From Camelus ferus (taxonomy: Eukaryota), in the NCBI RefSeq assembly GCF_009834535.1, contig NC_045697.1, forward strand, positions 7,442,001 to 7,506,000: 64,000 bases of DNA, read 5' to 3'. Each line of letters opens with the position of its first letter. The stretch's first letter is position 1. The position numbers were made by a program, and so were the translations under genes. Shown piece by piece: positions 27,099-40,699 of this stretch. A model generated the notes under the pieces. The model saw only the letters and a list, made by a program, of their open reading frames with translations. It was not told where the DNA came from and did no database searches.

Positions 27099-28381
27099 AC
27101 TATAATAGAGTTTAGTCTCCTCAATTCAACTAATTAAAATAGGAAAGGAAGTAAGGGAAACAGGAAGGGCAAAGGTGCAGGAATAAGAGTAGAGTCACAG
27201 GGCTTTAGAAAGTCAGATTGGAACCAGTTTATGGAGGATACAGCCACACCAGTTTATAAGTGTGCTTTTGATCCTGCTGGCTACAGAATTGCAGGTGGAA
27301 ATAATTGGTGGCGCGACTTTAGAAAGAAGCAGACAACTGCCAGGACATCTGTACTTGTCTTTGGAGTTCTAATACTATTCAACAAGAAATGGGGGCCAAA
27401 TAACTTTATGATGTTTACAGTGTCTTGGTTGTAAAAGAAGGACCATTGTTATTATTTTTAAAATGGCATTATTAATAGTCTCCATGTAAGTTGCTGAATG
27501 AATATGAAGGTAAAGGATGAATGCAAAACAGTGTGAGGGGTTGAAAGGGTAGGTGATGGAAGCCAGAGACACACCGGGGGGGTCTGTGTGTTGCAGTATC
27601 ATTTGGAGGAAATAAGCCCCTACTTCACCTGGAATGATAGCGAGGGGAGGAAGGGCGCTGATGAGAGGACTTCGATGACTGTAGATGGGAGCGACTTTGA
27701 GATCTAAGTTCCGGGTGCTTTTTTACACGACAATAGACATCAAACAACCATACTTGCCAGCGGACAGCCCCTTTACTCTCACTCCTCCAGCCAGCTTGCC
27801 TGTTGTTAGAGACACCACTGAATTACATCAGAGAAAACTTCACACGTTCTCCAACAGCCTATTTTTAGGCAGCATGAATAACTACTGCAGATGGCTGTTT
27901 AAATCTGTTGTTGGCTTTCTGTCTGCTGTACGTTCATTGTTTAGAGACCCATTTTGTTAGATTTCACAGGCAAGTACAACGTTGCAATCGTCATCGTATT
28001 TAGCACTGATCTCTTCTGTAAGCTTCTTTAACAACTTCCACCTAGAGACGGTTAACAGAGATGCTGATGTGAGATTTTAAATAAACTATGTTGGCGGTGG
28101 GACGGGAGAGCTCCTTCCATAAGAAGACAGCTTTAACTTCCGATGGCTGCTCTGTGTGTGTGTGCGCGCGTGCAGATATGAATAATTCCTTGTAAGATTG
28201 CCTTGGTTCAATTCTTTGTGAATGCAGAATTATCCCAGATAATTTTTTCAAGGGTGATTCAATAGAGAGGCACTGGCATTGTTATCTTCTGTAACACGTG
28301 AAAATATGCTTTTGTTTCTCTTTTTTCCCCTTCCTCCCTCCCTCCGTCCCTCATTTCCTTCCTTTATGTCTTCCTTCCTTC

Positions 28382-28790
28382 TGTTACCAAAAACTCAGCC
28401 TCTGCACCCCAAAAAGAGAATTCAAGCTCAGAGGCAAAGTTTTGGGAGCAAACAAAAGAGTAGATTTATTGCTTTGCTTGGCAAAGGGAGTCACAGTGTA
28501 GGCTCATGCCTTACAGACTGTGAGCCCATCTTAGGGTTGGGGTCTTGAGGTTTTATAGAAAAACTGGATGGAACAGAAAAGGTGGTGACAACCAGGGCAT
28601 TTTACAGGTTGCCACATTCCTCTCAACTTCAGGGGGAACTCCGGAGGGTCTGTCCATCCTTCTGAGATGATCAGCCTGTTACCTCCTCCCTGGAGCTCGA
28701 CCTCTGGGTTAAAGTTATTCTCAGTAAAGAATAAACAGGCAAACAGTTTCACAGCAGGGAGGTCAGTTCGTTAGTTTCCTCTATACTTCA
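28382..28790 (-). mobile_element. ERV1-like solo LTR
   Basis: Left end cttc|TGTTACCAAAAC. Antisense poly(A) signal 'gatttattgc' at ~28463. The right end is either 28785 (then perfect TSD cttc) or 28790 (CA, then gttc). Confidence 0.7.
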
Positions 28791-28809
28791 GTTCCTGCCT
28801 GCCATCTGT

Positions 28810-28920
28810 CCTCTTCCCTTCACTCCTTCCTTCCATCCTTCCCTCCCCCCTTCCTTTCTTCCTCTCCCTTTCTCTCTCTTTGTGTCCACTCTCTGGCCTC
28901 TCTCTCTCTCTTTCCTTTGT
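28810..28920. repeat. Pyrimidine-rich (CT) low-complexity tract
   Basis: Directly visible. Confidence 0.85.
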
Positions 28921-29504
28921 TCATTGGTTCATCCATTTGTTTATTGATTTGTTCACTTTTTAAGCTCTTCTCTCCCATACGCTCTGACTGAGAAGCCATA
29001 AATGAAAGCTCCTCCATGGTAAACTATCAAGTGTAGAATACAAAGCAGAGCAGACCAGAGTAGATGCAGAGGCAGGTTATTATATTATAGGATGAACCTT
29101 GACACTAGACCTTCCTTTAAAGCAATGTTTCTCACCATGATCTGTGTGGATCCTGTAAGTTATCTCCACTTATTCTCGATATGCATGGATATTAATTTAT
29201 AGGGGAGAACTTCACAAGTGAACTCCAAAGTCAGGAGGGAAGAAATAAAAATACTCTTACATTTGACAAGTAGAAATTTAAGAAATAGTGTGTCATAGAA
29301 ATCATAATTAAACCTTTACACAGCAAATAATTATTTATGGAATTTTTTTAAATGTCAAGAAACAAGTTACGCACATGCCAGAGAATTCTTAGAAGTGCAG
29401 GAAAGATGAACATCCAACAGAAAAACGAGCTACAGTTAGTATTACACAGCTCATCCCAGAAGGAACAAAAGGGAACGTTTAACCCCCTCAGTCGTGTAAC
29501 ACAC

Positions 29505-30640
29505 GTGTTTTTATTCATTGTCTATTATGCGGCAGGAACGATCAAGGTGCTAGGGATAATGCAGAATGGAGAACACAGACAAGGTCACGGGTATCTGTTT
29601 ACAAAAGGGACACCAATAAAAATACAAGGTACGTTCAGATAACAGTTGGTGCTATTAACGTGTTGACTGAAATAAATGCGCAGCCTAAAAGCTGAGAGTT
29701 ATGTTTTATTTGGCGGACATTTCTGAGGATTCAAACCCCTTCGAGCCCGGGATGACAGCCTCCCAGATGGCTCTGAGGGACTGCTCCGAAGAGGTTGGGG
29801 AGGAGCCAGGATATATAGGAGCTTTACAACAAAGACCAGGTAGTTGGAACAATAAAAAGTTACTGGTTATCTAGAGAAAACCAGGCATCTCACGTTAAAG
29901 AACTTAGTGCTTTTCTCTGTATGGGAGGAAGCCAACATTTGGGCTCATTGAATTCATTCCTTTGACAAGCACCTAGCTATCTAGGGCCAGTCTCCTGTCC
30001 TTTCTTATTCTGAGTCCCCTCAGAGGGCACCACTGTGAGTGGCTGCAGAGGCCGGGCTGCAGGCTTGTCTTCACTGGGGGGTGGCGGCAGCCGCTGAGGA
30101 CTTGATGGTTTTGTCATTCTTTGTTTACTGATATGGTTTGCAGTATTTTTCGTTCACAAATGCAACAAGACAGGGTACTCTGGCAGACAGCTGCTGGAAT
30201 GGAGCAAGGGCCTCCTTGGTTCGGGTCCTCAAGGAAGACTCTGGGGTGGTGACATGTGAGCTGAGTCTTGAACCAGGAGAAGGGGCCAGTTGTGCAGCTG
30301 TTTCAGGAAGAGTGTTCAAAGCAGCGGAAGAGCAAGGTAACTCCTTAAGGAAAAGAAGAGAAGTGTGGATAAAGCTTGGAGTGTGGAAGTGGGTCAAGCA
30401 GGGAGCCGTGGGAAGGAGTTAATAAGCAGAGTATGAAATTAGATCAGGCAGGGAGGAAGGAACCCTAAGTAACAGGACCAATTAGATTTTAACCCTAATA
30501 GTAAGAAGACCCTATTGAAGGATTTTAGGTGGGAAGGTGATAGGCTGGATTCCCTTGATTAAGGGAATCTGTGGCGAGTGAACTGTCAATGACAAGGACA
30601 GAAGGAAGAAAAAGAGAAGTTAGAACTTTGGACCATGCAA
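29505..30640 (-). mobile_element. L2 fragment interrupted by the LTR at 29661-30158
   Basis: 'tttattcattgtctattatgcggcagg...gtgctagggata', resuming with 'ggaagactctggggtggtgacatgtgagctgagtcttgaac'. Confidence 0.7.
29661..30158 (-). mobile_element. ERV1-like solo LTR, TSD AACG/AATG
   Basis: aacg|TGTTGACTG...GTTCACA|aatg (4-bp TSD with one CpG transition); antisense homologue of 23832-24298. Confidence 0.9.
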
Positions 30641-30689
30641 GTGATGATTGTGAAGAAATAAAGCAATGCCAACATGTGTTCTACCTATG

Positions 30690-31290
30690 ATATTGACAAA
30701 GATTAAAATAAATAATACAGGGAGTGTGAAAATGAACATTCACATATATGTGTGTGCATATTTATGCCTGCACATGTCTATATTTCTCTGTGTACATACA
30801 TACACTATTGTCATAGTTCAGACTTATTTAACTACTACTTAGCAACATTCATCAAAGTCCTACTAACCAGGTACGTAGAATTGACCAGAAATTGAATCTC
30901 ATCAAGACTTATCCTAGTAAAGTAATTGACTTGATTCCCAAAGATCTAATACCATAGCTTCACCTCAGAGCTGTTTATAACATGGAAAAGTGGGCGAAAT
31001 AACCTTCAAGGGAAAATTGGTAAATAAATCATGCTTTGTTCATTTCATAGATTGATTACTCAGAAGTTATTAAAAATGGCATTGCAAACCTTCACTTAAT
31101 GAAGGGAAGTAACATGTAGTGATCAATTTTGTTAATACACATGTCTATACATACTTATAAAAGCATGGAATACTATACACTAAAACATTAATTATTGTAA
31201 TTTATGAGTGTGAGATTATCACCTAATATTTGATTTATTTGTATTTTGTTATACTTCCATCATATGATAAAATTTTAACTTAAAACAGAC
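30690..31290 (+). mobile_element. Highly degenerate L1ME-like 3' fragment
   Basis: 'gagctgtttatacatggaaaag...aaattggtaaataaatcatg...atactatacactaaaacattaat'. Confidence 0.4.
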
Positions 31291-32054
31291 AAGTAAAAGC
31301 ACAAGCTGCATTTAATAATATGGTATTTTATTACCAAAGCCAAAAAAAAAAAAAAAATTAGAATATAAAGCCATGTGGCACTGCCATCAAAACTGTTTTC
31401 ATTTTATAGATATTATAAACTTTTATAAGGACCAGGCTTAATAAATAATGAGATTTTATCATTTAAAAAATTACTTAGATAAGGATGTTGCCTTCAGAGC
31501 TGAATAACCTTCAGTGATTTTTGTGTATCACTCAGGTCTCCCTAAGACTGGCCTATGCCGACCCTTCCCTGTCCATCGTTATCTCTCAGGGCACATGTGA
31601 CATGACAGTGCCCCTGAGCTTAACTCGTGCTTCCCGCAGAGACCAGGCTGAATAAGCCAGGACTGCACTCTACTACCACCAGCGGGTGAACTCTTCTGCT
31701 TTATTTTAACTCAGTCCTAGGATTTCTTACTTCAGAAAGTTCTCTGATCCTGCGAAGAGTCAGGCGTTTGTCCTCAGAGTTCTCGTAGTCCCCGTACTCC
31801 TGTCTATGTCCATCCCCTCTGTTAGACCGTGGACTCCTAGCAGGAGGGAGGGTCCCAACTGAATCACCTGTTTCCTTGGCGCCTGGTTCAGGCTCCAGAC
31901 ACAATAGGCACTAAATACACGTTGAGCGAGGCGTCACCACAGTCACACACAAACACACACACGTACACACACATACATATATGCATGTATGTGATATTAT
32001 TATAAGAATGAGTAACTCATATATTACCCTTTAAAAACAAATGAATCAAAAAAT

Positions 32055-32960
32055 ACTCAATATCATTAGGGAGCTGCACACTAAAATAATGAGATGCCGG
32101 TACACTTCTCCAAGAATGGTTAATCCGTAATAAACAAAAACCTGACGATACCAAATGTTGGTGAGAATGTGGAGCAACAGGAACCCTCATTCATCGCTGG
32201 CAGGAATAGAAAATGGTACACCGCTGCAGAGGACAGTTGGGCAGTTCCCTACAGCGCTAAGCATCCTCCTTCTATACAATCCAGGAATCACGTTCCTTCA
32301 CATTTATCCAAATGCGTTAAAAATTGCGTGCCCACATAAGCACTGCACATGAATACTTATATATCACTTTTGTTCATAATTTCCAAAATCTGTAAGCAGC
32401 CAAGATATACTTCAAAAGAAGAACAGACAAACAGTGGCACAACCATACACTGAAATAATTTCCCAGCAATAAAAAGAAATGAGCTATCAAGCCATGAAAA
32501 GACATGGAGGGAACTTTAATGCACATGACTTAGTCAGGCTTCACGCTATAGGATCCCAGTTACACGACACTCCAAAAAAGGCAAACTCTATAAACAGCAG
32601 CAGGATTAGAAGTTGCCAGGAATTTGGGGGAGGGGAGGAGGAAAGACAAGATGGAGCGCAGTGGAATTTTAGGGCAGTGAACTATTCTATATGATACTGT
32701 AATGGTGAATATGTGACATTGTGCATTTGTCCAAACCCATAGAGCTGAACAAAGTTTGAACCCTAATGTAATCTATGAACTTTAGTTAATAATGATGTAC
32801 CAGCATTGGTTCATCATTTCTAACATATGCACCACACTGATGCAAGATGCTGACAATAGAGGAAACATGGGCAGGAGGGGAGTGTCTGAGAATACTTTGT
32901 ACTATCTGCTCGATTCTGTAAATCTAAAACGTCTTTAAAAAAAATGTCTATTAATTAAAA
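32055..32960 (+). mobile_element. L1MC-like 3' end
   Basis: 'ccaaatgttggtgagaatgtggagcaacaggaaccctcattcatcgctgg...aagccatgaaaagacatggagggaac...aaccctaatgtaatctatgaactttagttaataatg'. Confidence 0.9.
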
Positions 32961-33179
32961 GAAAATTAGTGAATTGATCATTTAACTGAGGTTTCTTCTA
33001 AAGCTTTCTCAACCTTGCCATTGATTCAAACAGAAACCTGAGTGATACGTTAATTGCGTACAGGATTAGGTACGAGGCGCTCCCTACATCGCCTTCCACT
33101 GGAGGTGCTCTGTAGCCTCAAAAATTACATGTGTGGGACAGACTATGTGCAATTAGGTGCTTAACAGTCGGAGTCTATT

Positions 33180-33680
33180 GCTCCTTTGTGTAAATCCCTC
33201 CAGCGGTTGCTCATTGCACTTAGAATAAAATCCAGCTCACGGGGTCTGGCAGGAGCTGGCCACCTGCCACTCTTCCATTGCCCATGCGCTGCAGCTACAT
33301 TCACCTTTCTGTTTGCCTTCCCCTCCAAGTTCATGCAAACCTCACACGTGCTATTTCTACTTTTTAAAAACATCTTTCATCACCCCACTGGCTCCTTTTC
33401 AGAGTCATTATGAATATGAACAGGAAAGGCACTTCCCTTCTTTGCAACCCTACGAAAAACTACTGAGTCACTCCGGTCGCTGTCTCCAAAGCTATCTTGC
33501 ATTTTCTTCATTGTGCATATTTTCGGTCAAATATTTTTCATGTATATCAGAAGCTCACCACTAAAAGGTAAGCACACTCAAAAGCAGGGATCCGGCTTAT
33601 CTTTTCAGCACTGCTCACCCAATGCCTAGCACACCGTCTGTCATGTAACGGGTACTCCATACTTAATTGTTGAGTGAAAA
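33180..33680 (+). mobile_element. L2 3' fragment
   Basis: 'aaatccctccagcggttgctcattgcacttagaataaaatcc' ... 'tgcctagcacaccgtctgtcatgtaacgggtactccatacttaattgttgagtgaa'. Confidence 0.7.
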
Positions 33681-34882
33681 ATGGAGCAATATATGAAAAT
33701 GAAGTTAAGGTCACGGAGCACAGAAGTCTGCTTAGCAATCCAGAATGAATTTGCAGTTTCGCCACACACAACTTAAGAAGCTCGTGCAGCAAAATTTACC
33801 TCCCAAAGCCTTCGCTTCCTCTGGAATAAAATGAGACTTCCAGACTACATGAGATCTAAAGTCTCTTTTTAGCTCTGAAATCCTACATTCTTTATGGTTC
33901 AAAATGATGGCGCTCTCACTAGAGAGCCGCTAATTCAACATATTCTATGAGCTGTGCACTTTCTGTGATGATATATGTCAGTTCAGTGCACTGGAACTGC
34001 CTTTCAGAGTGACATTGTCACACATCTGGTCAAAGAAATTAATGTTCCCATCTGGATTGATGCTTTTGGCAGGAACACTGAGTACTAATGCCACGTGACC
34101 TCTCCTTCATAAAGCAGAAAGTGTGTTATAATTTTGCACCATCAGGCAGTGAAATCACTGACTTTCCATCTTCCTGTTTTTCCCATGGTGAGTCATCCAT
34201 TGACCTCCACCCGGCAGACCACCACGTCGTCGGAGAGGATACGAAGTCTCACATGTCTTCACGGGGCTGCGTGTGCCCTTTGCTCTTCCCTGTTTCTGTG
34301 AATCAATAATTATTTTAGGTCAACTGTGTTCCAATATTACAAAAAAAAAAAAAATAGTGTCTATGGTTTGAAACCCCAGTGGCTATTCTTACTGGAAGGA
34401 GACCAGATCTGGAGGAGACCCCCCGTAATTTCAAGTCATTGGTGTTCCAGGAAAAGGCAGTGCTGTTTGCTGGGGGTGCGTGCAGAGTTTTCAGCATTAC
34501 GGACTCATTTTTCTTTCCCTCAAAGGCAAGTTCAGCTGGTGATGAGATGACAGCCGATTGTATCTGTCAGTCTCCCGTCTTGTATGTACCTGCTTCTTGC
34601 TTCAGATATCAACTTAGTTGATCATATTGGACTTGAGCCAGCCCGTAAAACACTGTCACATCTCGAGGATTTTACCCTTTACTCTCTTGCTGGAGGTAAA
34701 ACAGTTTGTGGCAGATGAGTCACTGGTAGCAATGTAATGGGTGCTTTATAACGACAGTGCTGTCTGCCAAAAAGCCCTGGAAAGCCCACACTCCAGAGTG
34801 ATAAATGACATTTGATCTTAAGGCTGTGAGATCATCCTGTTCTCTCTCAACCAGAGCCTAGCATGGAAAATGTTCATGGTTT

Positions 34883-34887
34883 AAAAA

Positions 34888-34918
<31 letters not shown>
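34883..34918. repeat. poly(A)+(GA)n microsatellite
   Basis: Directly visible. Confidence 0.9.
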
Positions 34919-36442
34919 TAGAAGATGGAATTGAAGAAAAAAGATTAGCTATTAACCCAAGTCAATTTAAATGCCAAAGGAATCATTTATATTTCCCAAA
35001 TAGATAAGAGGAAAAGAAATTCCTGCTGGGAGAGAAACAATATATTTTAAAATGCCTGACACATATATTTACTTGGTAATCGTTAGTTTTCTTCTTTTTT
35101 GCAAAAAAAAAAAAAAGAAACTTTATATTCTACTTGCTTAACTCCAAGAGCAGCAATGCTTTCGAGAATTTTCTATGTGTATAACACCTGGGAGAAACTG
35201 GCGTGAGTGAAGCCCTGTCTCTCACTCACTTTGAAGAGCCTTCGCTCCACTGAGGGAGGCACAAATGTGACCATGTTTGAAGGTTAAATGAAAGAAGTTC
35301 CAAATAGAGGTTTGGCCAGGCAAGACTAAAAGCTGGGGTGTGTGTGATTAATTTGCATCCGAGCACTGGAAGGGACCATAGAAGAGAGATTATTTGAGCT
35401 GCACTTTGCAGAATGCTTAGATCATAAGGCACAGAAAGTCTGAGAAAACAATATAACTCAAGACTTGATGGTGGAAGAAAGCAGATTATTATATTTACGG
35501 TACCTGGAATAGACTTCATTCATTTCTTTGGCTTGAAAGTTAGCCTGTTATTCATATTCAAGCCACAGCCATCTTCCTGAACACTCACTCACTCTGACAA
35601 GCGCCGAGGGCACATAAAGGAAGGTGTTAATGGCCTCTGTTCTCACAAACCATACTGTGTAAGGCAGGAGACGGACGGATAAGCAGAAATTCATCATGTA
35701 GTTTGGAAAAGGTCTTGGTTATATGGAGGACTCCATGGAACCATAAGACAAGCATTTCTAGATTGGTGTGGGGGCTCTGAAAAAAGGTCACCTCAAATAT
35801 GGCCATGTTTGCATTCTATTTTGGAGGACAGGTACTGTTAACTAGGTGAAGATGGAGAGGAGGGCGGGCAATTCCAAAAACCTTGAGTTGAGAGGTATAA
35901 ACTGCAGAAGAGCTCATGATGTAGAGAAATAAAGGCAAGTATTTTTTCTTCATTTTTCAGTTTTATTAGGTAGACTTGTTACCATTTGAGTGCACATATA
36001 CAATATATTGCATGTAAATACATATACACAATATATTGCACATATTTTTAATTTACATATATGTACTGTTCATTGTTTCTAAGAATGTTCAGAGCTTTAG
36101 CTTTTTAAACATACATAGTTATCAAAGGAATAAAGACAACCACAAAATAAGAATTCAAAAAGATACATACACCCCATTTTTAACAGCAACATTATTTATA
36201 ATTGCAAAGGCAACTATTTTTTATTATGCCCCAAGGAAGTGGTGAACAGAAACTACGGGAGATGAGACTGGGGACTTAGGCAAAGGCCAGATAACAAACG
36301 ACATGTGTGTTGACCACATGGGCTTGAATTTGATCCTATAGGTCCAGAGGAGTTGTTATTTCTAACTGGTAAGTAACCTGAAGAGAATTTGGTTTGGGAA
36401 AGATTATTTTTTAGCAGGCAGACACAGACATCATTAGGTTCT

Positions 36443-37035
36443 CTTTTATTGAGATATAATTCACGTATCATAACATTTATCCTTTTAAAGTACACGATTC
36501 AGTGGGTTCTAGTATATCCACAAGAATGTTCAACCATCACTGATATCACTGATTTCAGGATGTTTTCAATCACAACAAAAATAATTCTCATACTCATTTG
36601 CAGTCATTCTCCATCCCTCTTCCTCCCAGCCTCTGGCAACCTCTAATCTAATTTCTATCTACAAATTTACCTGTTCTGGACATTTCATATAAGTGGGATC
36701 ATGCAGCATGTGAAGTTTTGTGTCTGCCTTTTTTCACTTGGCATCATATTCTCAATGTTCATCCATGTTGTAGCATGTGTCAGTAATGCCTTCATTTTTC
36801 ATGGCTAGATAGTATTCCATTGTGTGGCTACATCATATGGTGCTTATGAGTTATCAGTCAATTGGCTGATGAATACTTCCACTTGTTTCCACTTTTTGGC
36901 TATGAATATTGGTTCTGTGAATATTTCTGAGCATGTCTTTGTGTAAATAAATGTTTTCAATTTTTGTTGGGTGTATACCTAAAAGTGGAATTGCTAGGTT
37001 ATATGGTGATGTTATGTTTAATTTTTATATGACCT
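36443..37035 (-). mobile_element. L1MB-like 3' end
   Basis: 'ttttattgagatataattcacgtatcataac...cccagcctctggcaacctctaatct...ggaattgctaggttatatgg'. Confidence 0.9.
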
Positions 37036-39319
37036 GCTGCTGAGTAGGGGCACATGTATTCTTTAATTGTTCTATTGAGCATTTGCACCTCAAGGTAGAA
37101 CATTATATTTACCCCAGTATTAAAGAAATTCCCTCATTGCAGCACTAGCCCACTATTCTGCTTAGCACATGTAATTACCTAAACTTCTCATACTTACTTG
37201 TTTATGTATGCACTTGTTTTCTTTGACTAGAATGTAAAATTCTGAAGGATGTTACTGTTTATTAATACTATAATTATTATTATTAATCAACACTATATTA
37301 AGAGCATCTGTTTTGGTGCTTGACGCACAACACATAATAAGACCTTGTTGAATGAAAACCTTAAACACTGTTACTGTTCATTTGATTAGTTTTACCACAT
37401 CGTTTTATCCATTACATATAATTAAAAATTGTGATTTGTTATCCAAAATATCAGCACTTTATCAGCACAGATCTCCTATTAAAAGACATGGATACATCAA
37501 ACCTTTAATCTTGATTCCCTTTCTTTGTCCACCTGGGTGAAATTTCTAATGACTTGGAAAAGGGCAAAAGTCAGACTCGCAGAGGGAGAGGAGGCGGTGG
37601 AGGACTGAATAATTCAGTGTGGATATTCAGTGCCTGAATAATGTAGGGTGACTTGTGCAAAGTCAAAGGAAAGGAAAAAGAGTTATTTATAATAACCATT
37701 TCTTTGAATGGGTTTATTTTAGGCATTCCCTGGAGGTCAGCTGACAGTCTGGAGTTCGTGGAGATCAGGGGACATAATTCTTAGCAGGTCAAGAGGCATG
37801 GTCGCCAACTGCAGAGTTCTGCACCTCACTGGGGCTCCCACGTGGCTGAGAGACAGATCATGACACAGGCATTTACTCTGCAACCAGAAGCAGTGTTTCC
37901 ATTCCCAGAGTCTGGTTGTTTCCATGAAAGAAAGTTACCACTTTAAAAGTCTAAAAGAACTCAGAAATGAAGGGATGACACGAGTCCTGAAGCCTGATGT
38001 CTTCTTTGTCTTTACTACAAACGCATGATATTTACAACTCTGTGCTGTAATTGTCTGTTGACATACAGCTCACCTCCAATACATTACTGGTCTGCATTAC
38101 TTTAAAAAAAAAAGAAAAAAAAACTTTTGGCTAATATCCTATTTTGGTTTTACTGAAAGTATATTATCTAAATCAATAAGGAAGGTGGGGCGTGCATCTG
38201 CCTAGCCAGACCTATTCAAGTGTGCATCTTCTACTTCATGTTCAACCAGTGTTTGCTGACATAGGGTAAGAAGCTGAGTTAAAGTGGACATTTAGAGTTA
38301 AACTGGACATTTAACTACTGGGAAAAGCAAGGGGAGATCATTTTGTTTTAAAAAAAAGAAAGAAAACAATAACTTTCAAGGGATTAAGAGTCCAAAGGCA
38401 AGTTCTCTCATTTGACCTTCATTTGGCAAATGTGTACTGTGTCTATGATACGCATGAAGGTATCCAATGAGGATACCTGCCCAAGGGAATGAGAGTTAAA
38501 TAGCAACATCTCAGCAAGGGAGCGAACAGAGAGCTTCACTTCCTGCAGCCGAAGCCTTATGGAGCAAAAGAATTCGTAACGCAAGTAACTGTAGTTGGAA
38601 TAAAAGCAGTGGGGGAATTCCTTTTTGGTGGCATCTGCCATGAAAAGGAGGCGTCATCCCAAAGCAGCTTATTAAGAAAGAAGGCCTTGGGTAGCAGGCA
38701 GTTGCATTGAGTGGGTATTTTTCGGGGGGGGGGGGGGATGAGAGCAAAACTTGGAGAAATCCCTGTATTTCAGTAAGAACGTTAAATAATGCACAAGAAA
38801 GCAAATAACAAAAGCTGGGGGAAAACAAGGGCTGACGACTTTCTCTCTAAGCACAAGGCTTGGGAAGCAGATAAAACGGTTTCTTAATAAAGAAGAGCAG
38901 AGGCATTTTCATTATGTGAACATGGGTATGTTTCCTGGGAGCCTTAATAGAAACAGTGATATAATAGCAAGGCTACGGTGCACCTCTGTGTGTGTAGTAT
39001 ATATCTGCAGCGTTTCCTTCTAAAAGGAAAGGAAGGATGAACAGATGCATCGGGCTCAGAGGAGGGGGAAGACGGCTGCTGAGGCCGGGCTCCAAGTCTG
39101 AGCTCTTAGGCAGGGTCTTTGCTCAGGACACTCTGACTGGCTGCAGGGAAGGAAAATAAGGGTTTCTAGATTTGAGGAGAAGTGGAGAAGTCAAATGTTG
39201 TATGTCTCAGAGGTCATAACATCTACCTTTGTAGAAAAGCATGTCCTATTTGTCCTAGATGTACACATTTTTGATACGGCAACTCAGATATTGATATCTT
39301 GAGGAGCCCTGATTCAGAT

Positions 39320-39530
39320 GTGTTTACTTATTCAGAAGGCACTTGCTGAGTATTTACTATGCCTTTGGAATTTTTCTAGGCGCAGCAAATACGGTAAAGA
39401 AAGCCAAGTCTGTGCCATCATGGATTGACATCCTCATTCCGAAGAGAGAACGATAAACAAAGGGGCAAATGCATCTAAATCAAACACTCAGATAGCTACA
39501 GTTGCCAAAAAAACAAGAGGTGCTGTTTTA
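39320..39530 (-). mobile_element. L2 fragment
   Basis: 'ttattcagaaggcacttgctgagtatttactatgcc...ctgtgccatcatggattgacatcc'. Confidence 0.55.
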
Positions 39531-40699
39531 TATAGGAGCTGGCAGTGTCCTTTTCTGCTCCACCATCATCAAAGACATGCTCTTTTTCTCAAAATGTGTT
39601 TACCAGCTGTTTCTGAAATAATGTTCTGAGCAGAGAAACCCTGAATGAAGCAATCAGTATCTCCAGCATCAAACATTCCATGATAGACATGGAGCAATAG
39701 TGTTACATTTTTTAAATTAAAAAAAAAATTACAAAATTCAATTTGTTTAGTGTCCCCACTACCCAAGGATGAAAAGAAATTCAAGATCAGACATGTTTAG
39801 GGCCTTCTCCCCATCCCTGGATTCACAGGGTCCAGGAAAAAGAAGAGGGATCACGGCTTGTGCCATATAATACATTTCTTAAGGCTCCAGACATCTCCAA
39901 ATCCTTTATTTATAGCACCAGAGGGGCCTCCACTGGGTTCTCACGGCCTCAATGCTGGGGCCCAGTGTCCAGAATCACCCAGCGGTCATGTCGGCCCAGT
40001 CTGGAACTACGGTGTTTGACTGCAGTTTGCTCGCTGTCATCCCTCAGAAACTCCCCAGGCATTCCTATATTTGAGCAAGTCCACCTTTAAAACTGCATAC
40101 ATCTTCTTTCTGAGACAACACAGCCTCATGCCAAAAGTGCTACATGTTCAGAACATAAGATTACCCCAACAACATGCAAATTCCTACTCTGGAATAAAAA
40201 ACTAAAAATTAAAACAAAAAGAAATTGGGGAGGGAGGCCGAACAAATAAAGGAAGGTTTCTCCCTTTGCTGGTGAGTCTAGGTAGAGGATGGAGAAAAAG
40301 TGTCACCCCTGGCCAACGTGCAGCAGCCCTTCCGTTAGGGGCCAACACTTACATTTAGGTTAATTTATACTTCAATAGTGCAACTTATTACAGAAAGGAT
40401 ATATTACTTTCATAATTCAAAGTAAATTTAATAAAGCTGAGAGAAGCAAGATAGTCCTTAAAAAATCAATCTAATACTATATTATATTAACACTGGTTTT
40501 AAAAAGGATGGCATGAGGAAAGATGTAAATAGGGCTCTAGCTTTCTCTAAATAAATAATGATCGTAAATTAGAAAATAATAGAATTGTATGTTCGAGGTG
40601 AAGTAGGAAGGGGTTTAGCTTGGTCCCCTTTTTTTGGCAGGGAAAAAACACATCTCTTCAGAAAAAGAAGAGCATGGAATTTCAAAGAGAAAAAGGGAA

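Noticed and set aside
23832..30158. Idea that the two homologous LTRs flank one provirus
   Set aside because: Opposite orientation, separate TSDs, and no PBS, PPT or gag/pol/env relic seen between them
38458..38478. Hairpin aggtatcc-aatga-ggatacct
   Set aside because: An 8-bp stem is within chance expectation; no other RNA-gene features
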